A stretch of 64,000 bases of DNA from an uncultured delta proteobacterium (GCA_963808235.1 CAWEEQ010000004.1:2240001-2304000), one strand, 5' to 3'; shown: positions 26,901 to 38,593, counted from the stretch's first letter. Notes: a model not told the origin generated them from the letters alone. Numbers and translations are program-made.

Positions 26901-27344
26901 ATGATGAAGCTCGAAAGAATTTTGGTGCCGATCGATTTTTCCGAACCCTCTCTGAAAGCGCTCGACGAGGCCGTCGAATTCAGTCGGCCATACGGTGCTG
27001 AACTCATATTGATGTCTGCCGTCGAACGCAGCTACTACGAGTCGCCAATATTGGTCCCCGATTCCGGAGCGCTTCTCGAACAACAGGCGCGCGCAGCTGA
27101 AGAGAAGCTCGAGGAAATCTGCAGAGGCATGGGCAAGCGCGGCGTCAACTGCCGCACGCTCGTAGAGTTCGGTGTCCCATACCAGGCGATCGTTGACGCG
27201 GCAAAAAAGGTCAACGCAAGTTTGATCGTCATGTCGACGCACGGGCGGACGGGATTGGCGCATGTTCTCATTGGCAGCGTCGCCGAAAGAGTCGTGCAGC
27301 ACGCCGGTTGTCCCGTTTTGTTGCTTCGCGGCCTGCCATCGTAA
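26901..27344 (+). CDS. universal stress protein
   Basis: RILVPIDFSEPS..IVMSTHGRTGLAHVLIGSVAERVV; GAGGAG RBS. Confidence 0.93.
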   Translation: MMKLERILVPIDFSEPSLKALDEAVEFSRPYGAELILMSAVERSYYESPILVPDSGALLEQQARAAEEKLEEICRGMGKRGVNCRTLVEFGVPYQAIVDAAKKVNASLIVMSTHGRTGLAHVLIGSVAERVVQHAGCPVLLLRGLPS

Positions 27345-27832
27345 AATCGGCGAGTTGCAGGGATGGCTCAGCGTTCCTGGAACTGCGCAATTCATTCTGA
27401 ACGGCACTCCACGGAGGTGGCATTTGGACCTCTCAAATTGCAACTACGGCTCAACAAACGATTTCCTCAAAGCTGAAGCGATACCGGACTCGGGTTCCAT
27501 CGAAGGCGTGGTCCTCAACAAAGCCCAATAAATTCATCTGTGAGTGAAAGAACCTGGGCTTCCGGCCGACAGGAAATCACGGTCAAGTAAAGCGGTTGGT
27601 TATCAAAAGAACAGATGATGCCAATCGCCGGCTCAGCCAAATCCTAAATCTGCTAAAGTAGCTGCGAACGGCGGTTTAGTATGAGCACCGAGAATTTCCG
27701 GTTCAGGTTAATCCACGCCGGGCAGGTACGCTGACACACGATTCGGATTCCAGGTCGGACGGTCGGAGTTCGACGATGTCATTTGAAATCTGCGAGTGAA
27801 GTTTTTGCAACCGGCAATCGCACAGGTGCCGA

Positions 27833-29167
27833 ATGGCTAACGCAGAAGATGCGGTTGCAAAAGTAAGTCGCATGACAGGCAAACCGGTCGCGGACGCTGA
27901 GCTGGAAAGACTTCAGCGCAAATCGTTCAGCTACTTTCTGCATGAGACGAATCCGGACAACGGGCTGGTGATCGATAAGACCGCGCCGGAATGGCCTGCG
28001 AGTATAGCAGCTACCGGCTTCGCGTTGGCGGCTTACCCGGTGGCCGTCGAGCGCGGATTTATGTCGCGTGCCGCTGCGGTAGAACGAACGCTAACGACGC
28101 TGCGTTTCTTCTGGAACAGCCCACAAGGCCCCGAGCCCGAGGCGACCGGGTACCAGGGACTGTACTATCACTTTCTCGACATGCGAACCGGCCGGCGCGC
28201 CTGGCAATGTGAACTATCAACAGTAGATAGCGCTTTTTTGCTCGCGGGTGCTTTGACCGCGGGAGTTTACTTCGACGCGGATACCGCCGACGAGCATGAA
28301 ATCCGCACCTTCGCTGACCGGCTCTATCGACGCGCGGATTGGCAATGGGCGCAAAACGGTGGCGCAACGCTTACCCACGGCTGGAAGCCCGAGAGCGGGT
28401 TCCTCAAGTACCGTTGGGAAGGTTACGACGAAGCGATGCTGCTGTACGTCCTGGGGATGGGCTCGCCTACTCGTCCGCTGCCCGAGAGCTCCTACACGGG
28501 GTGGATTTCGACTTATCGGTGGGAACACCGTTACGGATATGAATACCTTTACGCCGGGCCGTTGTTCACACATCAGCTCTCGCATATCTGGATTGACTTT
28601 CGCGGCATTCAGGATGCGTTCATGCGCGTCAAGGGCATCGACTATTTCGAGAACAGCCGTCGAGCGACCTATGTCCAACAACAGTACGCTATAGACAATC
28701 CGCTCAAGTTCGCCGGCTATGGCCGCCATTGCTGGGGAATCACCGCGAGCGACGGCCCTGGCGCCGAGACAATCAAGGTGGGCGGCATCGAGCGCCAATT
28801 CTTCGATTACCTGGGACGGGGCGTCCCGTATGGCCCCGACGACGGCAGCATCGCGCCGTGGGCGGCAGTGACATCGCTGCCGTTCGCGCCGGAGATCGTG
28901 CTGCCTACGATCGACTACTTCATTAATCAGGTTAAATTAACCGCGCACAACCCTTTCGGATTCAAAGCGACTTTCAACCCGACCTATCCGGTAGAATCGA
29001 GCACTTCCTGTGGATGGGTATCACCATGGCATTACGGAATTAATCAAGGTCCGATCATCTTAATGATCGAAAACTATCGTACCGGCTTGTCGTGGCGGTT
29101 GATGCGACACTGCCCTTACATCGAAAGCGGCTTGCATCGCGCGGGGTTTCGCGGGGGGTGGCTGTGA
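27833..29167 (+). CDS. glucoamylase-like (GH144 / beta-1,2-glucanase-type) protein
   Basis: SIAATG, ELSTVDSA, WEGYDEA, GPLFTHQLSH, WGITASDGP, GINQGP. Confidence 0.75.
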   Translation: MANAEDAVAKVSRMTGKPVADAELERLQRKSFSYFLHETNPDNGLVIDKTAPEWPASIAATGFALAAYPVAVERGFMSRAAAVERTLTTLRFFWNSPQGPEPEATGYQGLYYHFLDMRTGRRAWQCELSTVDSAFLLAGALTAGVYFDADTADEHEIRTFADRLYRRADWQWAQNGGATLTHGWKPESGFLKYRWEGYDEAMLLYVLGMGSPTRPLPESSYTGWISTYRWEHRYGYEYLYAGPLFTHQLSHIWIDFRGIQDAFMRVKGIDYFENSRRATYVQQQYAIDNPLKFAGYGRHCWGITASDGPGAETIKVGGIERQFFDYLGRGVPYGPDDGSIAPWAAVTSLPFAPEIVLPTIDYFINQVKLTAHNPFGFKATFNPTYPVESSTSCGWVSPWHYGINQGPIILMIENYRTGLSWRLMRHCPYIESGLHRAGFRGGWL

Positions 29168-29251
29168 AAAGGCGATGAAGAAAGCGGCACTGCACTTCTG
29201 CGTGCGCGAAACCGGGTTCGTTCGGATTGCATACCGGCGAAGGACTTAATC

Positions 29252-30436
29252 ACGAAGCCGGCTAGCTCAAAGATTCTGACGATCAACGGCGGCTCGTCGA
29301 GCATTAAATTCGCGTTGTTTGAAGCTGGCGAGCCGCTACGCCGTTCGTTGGACGGAAGTACCGACCGGATCGGCCTGCCCGACGCCAGGTTCGCAATCAA
29401 AGGCTCGGAGAAATTTTCGCGAGCGTTGGCTGTGCCGAACCACACGGTCGCTGTGAAGGTCTTGATGGATTGGCTGGAGCAACGCATGGATCGCGACGCT
29501 TTGACAGCGGTCGGGCATCGCGTGGTGCATGGCGGGCCGAAGTATAGCAGCGCGCAGCGAATCACCCCGGCAATGATCGAGGAGTTGCACCGGCTGAGCG
29601 CATTCGATCCCGAGCATATGCCCGAGGAGATTCTGTTGACCGGTGCGTTTCATCACCGGTTTCCGGATGTGCCGCAAGTCGCGTGTTTCGACACAGCTTT
29701 TCACCAAGACCTGCCGCGAGTCGCCCGGTTGTTGCCCATCCCTCGTCGCTACGAGGCGCAAGGTGTGCGGCGGTACGGATTCCACGGGTTGTCGTATGCG
29801 TTTTTAGTGGGAGAACTCGCCCGCGTGGCGGGAATGGAAGCGGCACAAGGCCGGGTCATCCTCGCGCATCTCGGCAACGGCGCGAGCCTGGCGGCGGTGC
29901 GTCACGGCAAATCGATTGACACGAGCATGAGCTTCACTCCGACGGCCGGAGTGCCGATGAGCACCCGCTCGGGCGATCTCGATCCCGGACTGGTTTGGTA
30001 TCTGACGCGCTCGGAAAAAATGAGCGCGAAGGAATTCAACGAGATGGTCAATTTCCAGTCGGGGCTGCTCGGGATGTCCGAGACCAGTTCCGACATGCAC
30101 GACCTGCTCGAACTTGAAGCGCATGACGTGCGGGCGGCCGAAGCGGTCGCGGTGTTTTGTTACCAGGTCAAGAAGTGGATCGGCGCATTCGCGGCGTCGC
30201 TGGGCGGACTGGACACGCTGGTGTTCGCCGGCGGCATCGGCGAAAACGCCCCCGTGGTCCGGTCCCGCATTTGCGACGGCCTGGGATTCCTCGGCATTGA
30301 ACTCGAAGAGAAGCGAAACGCGGCGAATGAAGGCGTGATTTCCGCGGCGGCCGGCCGGGTCACGGTCCGCGTCATTCGTACGGATGAAGACCTCATGATC
30401 GCCAGGACGGTTTGCAGCGTTCTTGGCCTTGGCTGA
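29252..30436 (+). CDS. ackA: acetate/propionate kinase with apparent non-canonical (ACG) start
   Basis: [13 protein letters not shown] upstream of the track start; [35 protein letters not shown]. Confidence 0.88.
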   Translation, partial: TKPASSKILTINGGSSSIKFALFEAGEPLRRSLDGSTDRIGLPDARFAIKGSEKFSRALAVPNHTVAVKVLMDWLEQRMDRDALTAVGHRVVHGGPKYSSAQRITPAMIEELHRLSAFDPEHMPEEILLTGAFHHRFPDVPQVACFDTAFHQDLPRVARLLPIPRRYEAQGVRRYGFHGLSYAFLVGELARVAGMEAAQGRVILAHLGNGASLAAVRHGKSIDTSMSFTPTAGVPMSTRSGDLDPGLVWYLTRSEKMSAKEFNEMVNFQSGLLGMSETSSDMHDLLELEAHDVRAAEAVAVFCYQVKKWIGAFAASLGGLDTLVFAGGIGENAPVVRSRICDGLGFLGIELEEKRNAANEGVISAAAGRVTVRVIRTDEDLMIARTVCSVLGLG

Positions 30437-30453
30437 AAAAGGAGAATCGAACC

Positions 30454-32877
30454 ATGAACGCAGAGACTCTCTCCGCGGAACTGCTTCACAAGATGGACGC
30501 CTACTGGCGCGCCGCCAATTACATCTCGGTCGGCCAGATTTATCTCTACAACAATCCCCTGCTAAACGAGCCGCTCAAATTGTCGGACGTGAAACCGCTG
30601 GTAGTCGGACACTGGGGCACGACGCCGGGCCAGAACTTCATCTATGTGCATTTGAACCGGGTCATCAAGGAATACGACCTGGATATGTTCTACATTGCCG
30701 GTCCCGGTCATGGCGGTCCGGCGCTGGTGGGCAACACTTATCTCGAAGGCACCTATAGTGAGATTTATCCGAACATCAGCCAGGACGAAGCGGGACTGAA
30801 GAAGTTGTTCAAGCAATTTTCATTTCCCGGGGGGATATCCAGCCACGTTGCACCGACGACGCCGGGCTCGATCCACGAAGGTGGCGAGCTGGGCTACTCG
30901 TTAAGCCACGCCTTCGGAGCCGCGTTCGACAATCCCGATCTTATCGTGTCCTGCGTCATCGGCGACGGTGAGGCGGAAACCGGGCCGCTCGCGACCGCAT
31001 GGCAGTCCAACAAGCTGCTGAATCCAATTTCCGACGGAGCCGTGCTACCGATCCTGCACCTCAATGGCTACAAGATAAGCAACCCGACCTTGCTGGCTCG
31101 CATTGAGCATGACGAACTGGAGCAATTCCTGCGAGGCTGCGGATGGACACCTTACTTTGTCGAAGGTGACGAGCCGGAAAAGATGCATCAACTCATGGCG
31201 GGTACTTTGGAAAAGGTCATCGAGGACATCCGACAAATCCAAAGCAATGCACGGAAGAATAACGACACCACTCGGCCACGCTGGCCAATGATCGTACTGA
31301 GATCACCCAAGGGTTGGACGGGACCGAAAGTCGTTGACGGCTTGCAAATCGAGGGCACCTTCCGATCGCACCAAGTGCCGCTTCTCGTTGATCCCGAACA
31401 TCCCGACCACGTCAAGCTGCTTGAAAGCTGGATGAAGAGCTACAAGGCCGAGGAGTTGTTCGATGAGCACGGCCGTCTCATGCCGGAATTGGCCGAGCTG
31501 GCGCCCAAGGGTGAACGGCGGATGGGCGCCAACCCGCATAGCAACGGCGGAATTCTGCTGCGCGACCTGCGGATGCCAGACTTCCGCGAGCACGCTGTAG
31601 AGGTCCCATCACCCGGCGCCGTCGAGGCCCAGGATACTCTCGTGCTGGGCAAGTTCCTGCGTGATGTGGCCAAACTGAATCAGGAGCAGCGTAACTTTCG
31701 CGTCTTCGGCCCCGATGAGACGCTCTCGAATCTTCTGGGCGCGGTTTTTGAAGTCACTAACCGTCAGTGGGACGCGCGCGAGGCCAAGAATGATGAATTC
31801 CTCGCGCCCGCCGGACGGGTGCTGGACTCGATGCTCAGCGAGCACCAGTGCCAAGGTTGGCTCGAGGGTTATCTGCTCACCGGCCGGCACGGGCTGTTCA
31901 ACAGCTATGAGGCATTCATTCGCATCGTCGACTCGATGTTCAGCCAGCATGCCAAGTGGCTGAAGGTGACGCTGGAACTACCCTGGCGCCGGAAGATCGC
32001 GTCGCTGAACTATCTGCTCGCCTCCCACGTCTGGCAGCAGGATCACAACGGCTTCACGCACCAGGACCCTGGCTTCCTCGACCACGTTATCAACAAGAAG
32101 GCTGGTATCGTGCGCGTGTACCTGCCGCCCGACGCCAACTGTCTGCTATCGGTTTTTGATCACTGTCTGCGCAGCAGGCACTACGTCAACGTCGTGGTAG
32201 CAGGCAAACACGCACTGCCCCAATGGCTCACCATGGAAGAGGCGGTGGTGCATTGCACGGAAGGAATTGGAATCTGGCAATGGGCCAGCAACGATCAGGG
32301 CGCCGAGCCCGACGTGGTAATGGCCTGTTGCGGAGACACGCCCACGCTGGAGATCCTCGCTGCCGTTTCCATTCTTCGCAACTTTTTGCCCGATTTGAAA
32401 ATCCGGGTGATCAATGTCGTCGATCTCATGAAGCTCCAGTCTGCCAGTGAGCATCCGCACGGGCTAAGTGAGACGGATTACGATTCGCTCTTCACCAGGA
32501 ACAAGCAAATTATATTTGGCTTCCATGGATACCCAACGCTAGTCCACCGCCTGACCTACCGCCGTACCAACCAAAACCTGCACGTTCGCGGCTACAAGGA
32601 AGAGGGGACTATCACGACGGCCTTCGACATGAGGGTGCAGAACGATCTGGATCGATTTCACCTGGTGCAAAACGTCGTGGATCGTCTGCCGCATTTAGGT
32701 GCCAAGGGCGCGTATCTGAAGCAGATGGTTCAGGACAAGCTCATCGAGCACAAGCAGTACATCGATAGACACGGCCAGGACTTGCCGGAAATCCGCAACT
32801 GGGAATGGAAGGCGTCGGGCAGTAACGGCGCCAAGGTCGCCGCGGGTGTACCGCGGCGAGCAGGCGACGACTCATGA
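30454..32877 (+). CDS. xfp: xylulose-5-P/fructose-6-P phosphoketolase
   Basis: [46 protein letters not shown]; AAGGAG RBS. Confidence 0.96.
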   Translation: MNAETLSAELLHKMDAYWRAANYISVGQIYLYNNPLLNEPLKLSDVKPLVVGHWGTTPGQNFIYVHLNRVIKEYDLDMFYIAGPGHGGPALVGNTYLEGTYSEIYPNISQDEAGLKKLFKQFSFPGGISSHVAPTTPGSIHEGGELGYSLSHAFGAAFDNPDLIVSCVIGDGEAETGPLATAWQSNKLLNPISDGAVLPILHLNGYKISNPTLLARIEHDELEQFLRGCGWTPYFVEGDEPEKMHQLMAGTLEKVIEDIRQIQSNARKNNDTTRPRWPMIVLRSPKGWTGPKVVDGLQIEGTFRSHQVPLLVDPEHPDHVKLLESWMKSYKAEELFDEHGRLMPELAELAPKGERRMGANPHSNGGILLRDLRMPDFREHAVEVPSPGAVEAQDTLVLGKFLRDVAKLNQEQRNFRVFGPDETLSNLLGAVFEVTNRQWDAREAKNDEFLAPAGRVLDSMLSEHQCQGWLEGYLLTGRHGLFNSYEAFIRIVDSMFSQHAKWLKVTLELPWRRKIASLNYLLASHVWQQDHNGFTHQDPGFLDHVINKKAGIVRVYLPPDANCLLSVFDHCLRSRHYVNVVVAGKHALPQWLTMEEAVVHCTEGIGIWQWASNDQGAEPDVVMACCGDTPTLEILAAVSILRNFLPDLKIRVINVVDLMKLQSASEHPHGLSETDYDSLFTRNKQIIFGFHGYPTLVHRLTYRRTNQNLHVRGYKEEGTITTAFDMRVQNDLDRFHLVQNVVDRLPHLGAKGAYLKQMVQDKLIEHKQYIDRHGQDLPEIRNWEWKASGSNGAKVAAGVPRRAGDDS

Positions 32878-33101
32878 GTAAGACAAAGCACAGTCACCAC
32901 GGTAACGAAGGTTCAGACGGCGACGGTGTCAACCATGGCTTCCATCGTCCTTACTGGAAGCATGCACATCATGACTGGCGCTTGTGGGTCGCCGTGACTT
33001 TGATGCTTGCAGCCTTGGCTACTTATGTGATGACCGATGATCTGGCGTGGCGCCCTCGCAGCCAGACGCAGCAGCCGCTTTCAGGCGCTGGCGCAAAATA
33101 G
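32874..33101 (+). CDS. small His-rich single-TM membrane protein
   Basis: ATGA overlap with xfp; [16 protein letters not shown] + TM helix. Confidence 0.65.
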   Translation: MSKTKHSHHGNEGSDGDGVNHGFHRPYWKHAHHDWRLWVAVTLMLAALATYVMTDDLAWRPRSQTQQPLSGAGAK

Positions 33102-33128
33102 CAGGGCTCGCGAGCTTTCGGGCAGGAG

Positions 33129-35909
33129 TTGAAAATGGCTGTCGAGCGAGATTGCGGAGAAGTAGCGAAGACCTTCGATCCAAAAGACTCCGGGCAAAAC
33201 GGAGGCAAGACAGGTGCTGAACAATCCAATGGATTGAAGTCCAGGGTAGGCGAGATTCGCAAGCGCGCCTACGAAATATTCGAGGCGCGCCAGGGCGGAC
33301 CCGGAAATGAGATCAGCGACTGGCAAAAGGCTGAGGCTTCAGTTTCCGCAGATGCGACCAAGGTCGATGCCTCCCAGGCCGATGCTCCCAAGACAAATGG
33401 GGCCAAGCCCGATGAACCAAAGGGTGTGCAAACGCCCAATGATACCGGAACGATCCAGGAGGCGCTGACCAAGTTCCATTCGAGCGTCGAGCATGGACTG
33501 ACTCAGGAAGAAGCGGCGACCCGGCTCAAGAAGGACGGCCCTAATGCCATCGAAGAAAAGCACATCAGCCCACTCAAGCGATTCCTGACGTTTCTGTGGG
33601 GGCCTATCCCATGGATGATCGAAATCGCTGCGGTGCTCTCCGCGGTCGTTCGACATTGGGAAGACTTCGTCATCATCTTTTTCATGCTGGCGCTCAATGC
33701 CGTTGTCGGTTTCTGGGAGGAATTCAAAGCGGATAACGAAATCGAGGCGCTGAAGAAGCATCTCGCGCTGCATTCGCGAGTGTTGCGCGACTGCAAATGG
33801 AGTGACGTTGAGGCAAAGACCCTGGTGAGCGGAGATATTGTCATGGTCAAGCTCGGCAATGTAATCCCCGCCGACTTGAAGCTGGTCGATGGCGACTACC
33901 TCAGCATCGATCAGTCGGCGCTGACGGGCGAATCGCTGCCGGTCGACAAGAAGAAAAATGACGTAGCGTATTCGGGATCGATCGTGCGCATGGGCCAGAT
34001 GAATGGGTTAGTCACCGCGACCGGAATGAACACACTCTTCGGCCGCACCGCACGACTGGTCGAGACTGTACAGACGGTCTCTCACTTTCAGAAAGCGGTG
34101 ATCAAGATCGGCAATTTCCTCATTCTGATCACGCTCGGCCTGGTCGCATTGATCCTGACGGTCGCGCTATATCGCGGCGACCCTTTGGTTGAGACTCTTC
34201 TGTTTGCACTGATTCTCACGGTAGCTGCGATCCCGGTCGCGTTGCCCGCCGTACTGTCCGTCACGATGGCCGTCGGCGCATCTGTGCTCGCCAGAATGAA
34301 AGCTATCGTATCCCGCCTCGTCGCGATCGAAGAGATGGCGGGCATGGACATTCTGTGCGCGGACAAAACTGGCACGCTCACCAAGAACGAGCTCAAGTTA
34401 GGCAGTCCCGTGATTTTCAAGGCGGGCAACGCGCAGGATTTGATCCTTGGCGCTGCGCTGGCGTCGCGAACGGAGGGAGGCGATAGCATTGACGAGGCCG
34501 TCATCCAAGGTCTCGGCGACAACTCCGTGTTAAAGACTTACCAAATCACTCACTTCACACCCTTCGACCCGGTCAGCAAGCGAACCGAGGCCGAGGTCAA
34601 ACACGATAACGTCACCTTCAAAGTTTCGAAGGGAGCGCCGCAGGTAATCCTCGACCTTGTGCATCCCGACGCGGACGCGCGCAAAAAAGCTCAAGACCAG
34701 GTTAACGATCTGGCGAGCAAAGGCTATCGCACACTAGGCGTCGCGCGTACCGATGCGCAGGGAAAGTGGGAATTCCTTGGCCTGCTGTCGCTGTCGGATC
34801 CTCCGCGTGACGATTCGGCCTCGACCATCATGACCGCGCGAAAAATGGGACTGCAGGTTCGCATGGTAACCGGCGACAACCTTGCAATCGCCCGCGAGGT
34901 ATCGCTCGAACTCAAGCTCGGACCAAACATCGCGGTTGCCGGCGATCTCTTTCCTGACGGTAAGGCTGACGACAGTGACAAGATAGATGTGGCCGACGGC
35001 TACGCGCAGGTTTTCCCCGAGCACAAGTTCAAGATCGTCAAGGCGCTGCAGGCTGGTGGGCATATTGTTGGCATGACCGGCGACGGCGTCAACGACGCCC
35101 CCGCGCTCAAGCAGGCAGATTGCGGGATCGCGGTAAGCGGCGCGACGGACGCGGCTCGTGCGGCTTCGGACCTGGTGCTCACCGCGACAGGTCTCTCCGT
35201 GATCACCGCTGCGATCGCGGAAGCGCGCAAGATATTCGAGCGCATGAACAGTTACGCAATCTACAGGATTTCCGAAACGATCCGCGTACTGCTCTTCATG
35301 ACCCTCGCGATCGTGGTGTTTAACTTCTACCCGGTAACCGCAGTCATGATCGTGCTCATCGCGGTGCTCAATGACTTCCCGATCATGATGATCGCCTACG
35401 ACAACACCATTGCAGCTCCACGCCCGGTCCGCTGGGACATGGAACGCGTGCTGACCGTGAGCTCGGTTCTCGGCGTGATGGGCGTAATCTCAGCTTTCGG
35501 CCTTTTCTGGATCGCAGAGAAGTATTTTCATCTACCGCGGCCCGTTGTTCAGAGCCTGATGTTCCTCAAGCTCCTGGTCGCCGGGCACCTCACGATCTAC
35601 ATCACGCGAAGCGTTGGAACGTTCTGGCAGCGCCCGTGGCCCAATTGGCGCCTGGTCGTTGCCACCGAAACAACCCAGGTCATCGGAACCCTCGCCGCGG
35701 TCTATGGATGGGGCATGACGCCGCTGGGATGGAAGTACGCGCTGTTACTGTGGGGCTATGCGCTCGTGTGGTTTTTCATCAACGACATGGTGAAGGTTGA
35801 GGTTTACCGCCTGATGCATCTTGGGACTGCGAACCATCAGCGCCATTTGGCAAGAATCAATGCCAGCCTTCATCCGGCTCCAGTCATCAAGGCAGCGAAC
35901 CAATCTTGA
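33129..35909 (+). CDS. P-type IIIA plasma-membrane H+-ATPase with N-terminal DUF2934-like domain
   Basis: TGES, IPVALP, DKTGTLT, DPPR, GDGVNDAPAL, M6 IAVLND. Confidence 0.9.
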   Translation: MKMAVERDCGEVAKTFDPKDSGQNGGKTGAEQSNGLKSRVGEIRKRAYEIFEARQGGPGNEISDWQKAEASVSADATKVDASQADAPKTNGAKPDEPKGVQTPNDTGTIQEALTKFHSSVEHGLTQEEAATRLKKDGPNAIEEKHISPLKRFLTFLWGPIPWMIEIAAVLSAVVRHWEDFVIIFFMLALNAVVGFWEEFKADNEIEALKKHLALHSRVLRDCKWSDVEAKTLVSGDIVMVKLGNVIPADLKLVDGDYLSIDQSALTGESLPVDKKKNDVAYSGSIVRMGQMNGLVTATGMNTLFGRTARLVETVQTVSHFQKAVIKIGNFLILITLGLVALILTVALYRGDPLVETLLFALILTVAAIPVALPAVLSVTMAVGASVLARMKAIVSRLVAIEEMAGMDILCADKTGTLTKNELKLGSPVIFKAGNAQDLILGAALASRTEGGDSIDEAVIQGLGDNSVLKTYQITHFTPFDPVSKRTEAEVKHDNVTFKVSKGAPQVILDLVHPDADARKKAQDQVNDLASKGYRTLGVARTDAQGKWEFLGLLSLSDPPRDDSASTIMTARKMGLQVRMVTGDNLAIAREVSLELKLGPNIAVAGDLFPDGKADDSDKIDVADGYAQVFPEHKFKIVKALQAGGHIVGMTGDGVNDAPALKQADCGIAVSGATDAARAASDLVLTATGLSVITAAIAEARKIFERMNSYAIYRISETIRVLLFMTLAIVVFNFYPVTAVMIVLIAVLNDFPIMMIAYDNTIAAPRPVRWDMERVLTVSSVLGVMGVISAFGLFWIAEKYFHLPRPVVQSLMFLKLLVAGHLTIYITRSVGTFWQRPWPNWRLVVATETTQVIGTLAAVYGWGMTPLGWKYALLLWGYALVWFFINDMVKVEVYRLMHLGTANHQRHLARINASLHPAPVIKAANQS

Positions 35910-38305
35910 ATCCTGCTTCACCGAGCGAGTGCAAACCCGCGACCGCGCCACCTGCCGCAGCCGGTGCATCTGACAAGTCCGACGGCACGGCCAACGATGA
36001 CTCGCTGGGCGGCCTTACGAGCGAAGAGGCCGCTACCCGGCTCAAGAAGTTCGGCCCCAATGCGATGCCCGACGCGACGGTGCACCCGTTGCGTTCAGCC
36101 TTGAGCAAATTCTGGACCCCGGTTCCGTGGATGCTCGAGGCGGCGATCGTGCTGGAGGTGGTACTCGGCAAGTACATCGAGGCGGCGGTCATCGCGGCCC
36201 TGCTGGTGTTCAACGCGGCGCTCGGGTTTTTTCAGGAGTCGCGCGCACAGGCGACTCTCGCCGCGCTGAAGTCGCGGCTGGCCCTGAACGCGTCAGTCAA
36301 GCGCGACGGTGTATGGAAGACTGTGCCGGCGGTCGGCTTGGTGCCGGGCGATGTTGTGAAGCTGTCGCTGGGTGCCGTGGTGGCGGCCGATGTACACATT
36401 GTCGAGGGCTCAGTCCTTCTCGATCAGTCCATGCTTACCGGCGAATCCATACCCATCGAAGGTGGCAGCGGCGTGCAGACGTATGCCGGCGCGCTGGTGC
36501 GGCGGGGAGAGGCGGTCGCAGAGGTCACAGCGACTGGCACGCGCACCAAATTCGGACGCACCGCGGAGTTGGTCCGCACGGCGCATGTCACAAGTTCGGA
36601 GCAGAAGGCGGTGCTCCGCGTCGTGCGCAATCTGGCGATCTTCAACAGCGTCATCATTGTCATGCTGGTGGCCTATGCCTATCGGCTCGCGATGCCGCTG
36701 GCTGAAATCATACCGCTGGTGCTGACCGCCATCCTCGCATCTATCCCGGTGGCCCTGCCAGCAACCTTTACCGTTGCGGCGGCCTTGGGCGCACGCGCAC
36801 TGGCACGCCTGGGCGTGCTTCCGACGCGCCTCTCGGCAGTGGACGAAGCGGCAAGCATCGACGTCTTGTGCGCCGATAAGACCGGCACGCTAACCCTCAA
36901 CGCATTGACTGTGACCGCAGTCCATCCCGCGCCGAACTTCGACGAGGCCGGCTTGCTGGGACTAGCGGCGGTCGCGAGTGCGGACGGCGGGCAGGATCCT
37001 GTCGATGCTGCCATTCGCTCCGCAGCCTCGAGCAAGGGCGCCAAGCTGCCGAAGCTGATTAAGTTCATCCCCTTCGATCCCGCAAAGAAGACATCCGAGG
37101 CGACTGCCACGGATCCAAACGGCGCCGGCACCATGCGAGTTGTAAAGGGTGCCTATGCCGCAGTGATCCGTATCGCGTCACCAGTGCTGGAGTTGTCCGC
37201 GGCGGCTACCGATCTGGAGGCGAAGGGCTTTCGGCTGCTCGCGGTCGCGACTGGTACCGCCGCGGCGATGCGCCTGGCGGGGCTGATCGCGCTTAGCGAT
37301 CCGCCGCGAGCAGATTCGTCGGCGTTGATCGCGGAGATGCACACTCTGGGCGTGCGCACTGTGATGGTGACTGGCGACGCGCCCGCGACGGCTGCAATCG
37401 TGGCTCGCGCGGTTGGCCTCGATGGAGCAGTGAGTCCGCCGGGGCCGATCAGCGACTCTGTGAAGCCCGAGCAATTCGCGGTCTTTGCCGGCGTCCTTCC
37501 GGAGGACAAATACAAACTCGTGAAGGCGTTCCAGAAGGGCGGCCACAGTGTTGCGATGTGCGGCGACGGCGCCAACGACGCGCCTGCATTGCGTCAGGCG
37601 CAAATGGGAATCGCGGTGTCGACCGCGACCGACGTTGCCAAGTCGGCCGCCGGCATTGTACTGACCAAGCCGGGACTCGGCGGCATCGTGGCCTCGGTTA
37701 AAGAAGGCCGCATAACCTTTCAGCGCATTCTGACCTATACGCTTAGCTCGGTTACCAAAAAGATTGTACAGGTGCTTTTCCTGGTGGTTGGTCTGATCAT
37801 TACCGGACACGCAGTCCTTACTCCCATGCTGATGGTCCTCATCATGCTCACCGGCGACTTCCTGGGCATGTCGTTGACGACCGACAACGTGATTCCCTCG
37901 CCGCTGCCAAATTCCTGGCGAATCGGCAATTTGACGATGGTCGGGATCTTTATGGGAGTCTGCGAGTTAGCATTTTGCACGGCAGTTTTTGCTATCGGCA
38001 AATTCCGGCTGGGGCTTGAAATCGAGGCGCTGCAAACTCTGGCCTTTCTCGCCGTTGTGTTCGGCAATGAAGCATCGCTCTACGCCATCCGCGCACGCCA
38101 ACGCCTGTGGTCCACGCCCAGCCGCTGGCTCGTTCTGTCGTCCGTAGCGGATGTCTTGATCGCCTCGACGTTGGCTATCTGCGGAATCGTAATGACGGCT
38201 CTGCCGGTCATTCTCGTGGGCGGCATACTGGGCGCGGCAGTAGTCTTCGCATTCGTCGCGGATGTCGCGAAGTTCCCTGTATTGAGCCGTCTCAAGATAG
38301 CTTAG
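35906..38305 (+). CDS. second P-type IIIA H+-ATPase-like protein
   Basis: TGES, IPVALP, DKTGTLT, DPPR, GDGANDAPAL, M6 TGDF. Confidence 0.88.
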   Translation: MNPASPSECKPATAPPAAAGASDKSDGTANDDSLGGLTSEEAATRLKKFGPNAMPDATVHPLRSALSKFWTPVPWMLEAAIVLEVVLGKYIEAAVIAALLVFNAALGFFQESRAQATLAALKSRLALNASVKRDGVWKTVPAVGLVPGDVVKLSLGAVVAADVHIVEGSVLLDQSMLTGESIPIEGGSGVQTYAGALVRRGEAVAEVTATGTRTKFGRTAELVRTAHVTSSEQKAVLRVVRNLAIFNSVIIVMLVAYAYRLAMPLAEIIPLVLTAILASIPVALPATFTVAAALGARALARLGVLPTRLSAVDEAASIDVLCADKTGTLTLNALTVTAVHPAPNFDEAGLLGLAAVASADGGQDPVDAAIRSAASSKGAKLPKLIKFIPFDPAKKTSEATATDPNGAGTMRVVKGAYAAVIRIASPVLELSAAATDLEAKGFRLLAVATGTAAAMRLAGLIALSDPPRADSSALIAEMHTLGVRTVMVTGDAPATAAIVARAVGLDGAVSPPGPISDSVKPEQFAVFAGVLPEDKYKLVKAFQKGGHSVAMCGDGANDAPALRQAQMGIAVSTATDVAKSAAGIVLTKPGLGGIVASVKEGRITFQRILTYTLSSVTKKIVQVLFLVVGLIITGHAVLTPMLMVLIMLTGDFLGMSLTTDNVIPSPLPNSWRIGNLTMVGIFMGVCELAFCTAVFAIGKFRLGLEIEALQTLAFLAVVFGNEASLYAIRARQRLWSTPSRWLVLSSVADVLIASTLAICGIVMTALPVILVGGILGAAVVFAFVADVAKFPVLSRLKIA

Positions 38306-38377
38306 AGGAGTGACTAAGCATCGGCAGTACCTGGGAGTGCGTGCGTCGGTAGCCAAGTCATCGGAGAACCAGCGACA

Positions 38378-38495
38378 ATGAACTACCGCAAGAGATTCGT
38401 CGTCGAGCCCGGCGCAAAGGTCCGAGGTGGACATTGCGCAAATTCGTCACAAGTATCACGTGGCGGCGGTGCGGCAGGCGCAGCGAGGCGGATAA
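38378..38495 (+). pseudogene. internally deleted PPK2-family polyphosphate kinase remnant
   Basis: MNYRKRFVVEPGAKVR (N-terminus-like) joined out of frame to VDIAQIRHKYHVAA...* (C-terminus-like). Confidence 0.5.
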
Positions 38496-38593
38496 GCCGC
38501 CGAAGGTGTCACACAAGAAGTAAGTATGCCTCTACTCCAATGTTCTCCAACATCACGTCGGCTAGCCATCGTGAACCAGCAAGGAGGTCTTGC

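Noticed and set aside
27345-27832. AT-richer intergenic stretch as a possible gene remnant
   Set aside because: No recognisable protein or RNA motif in the frames inspected
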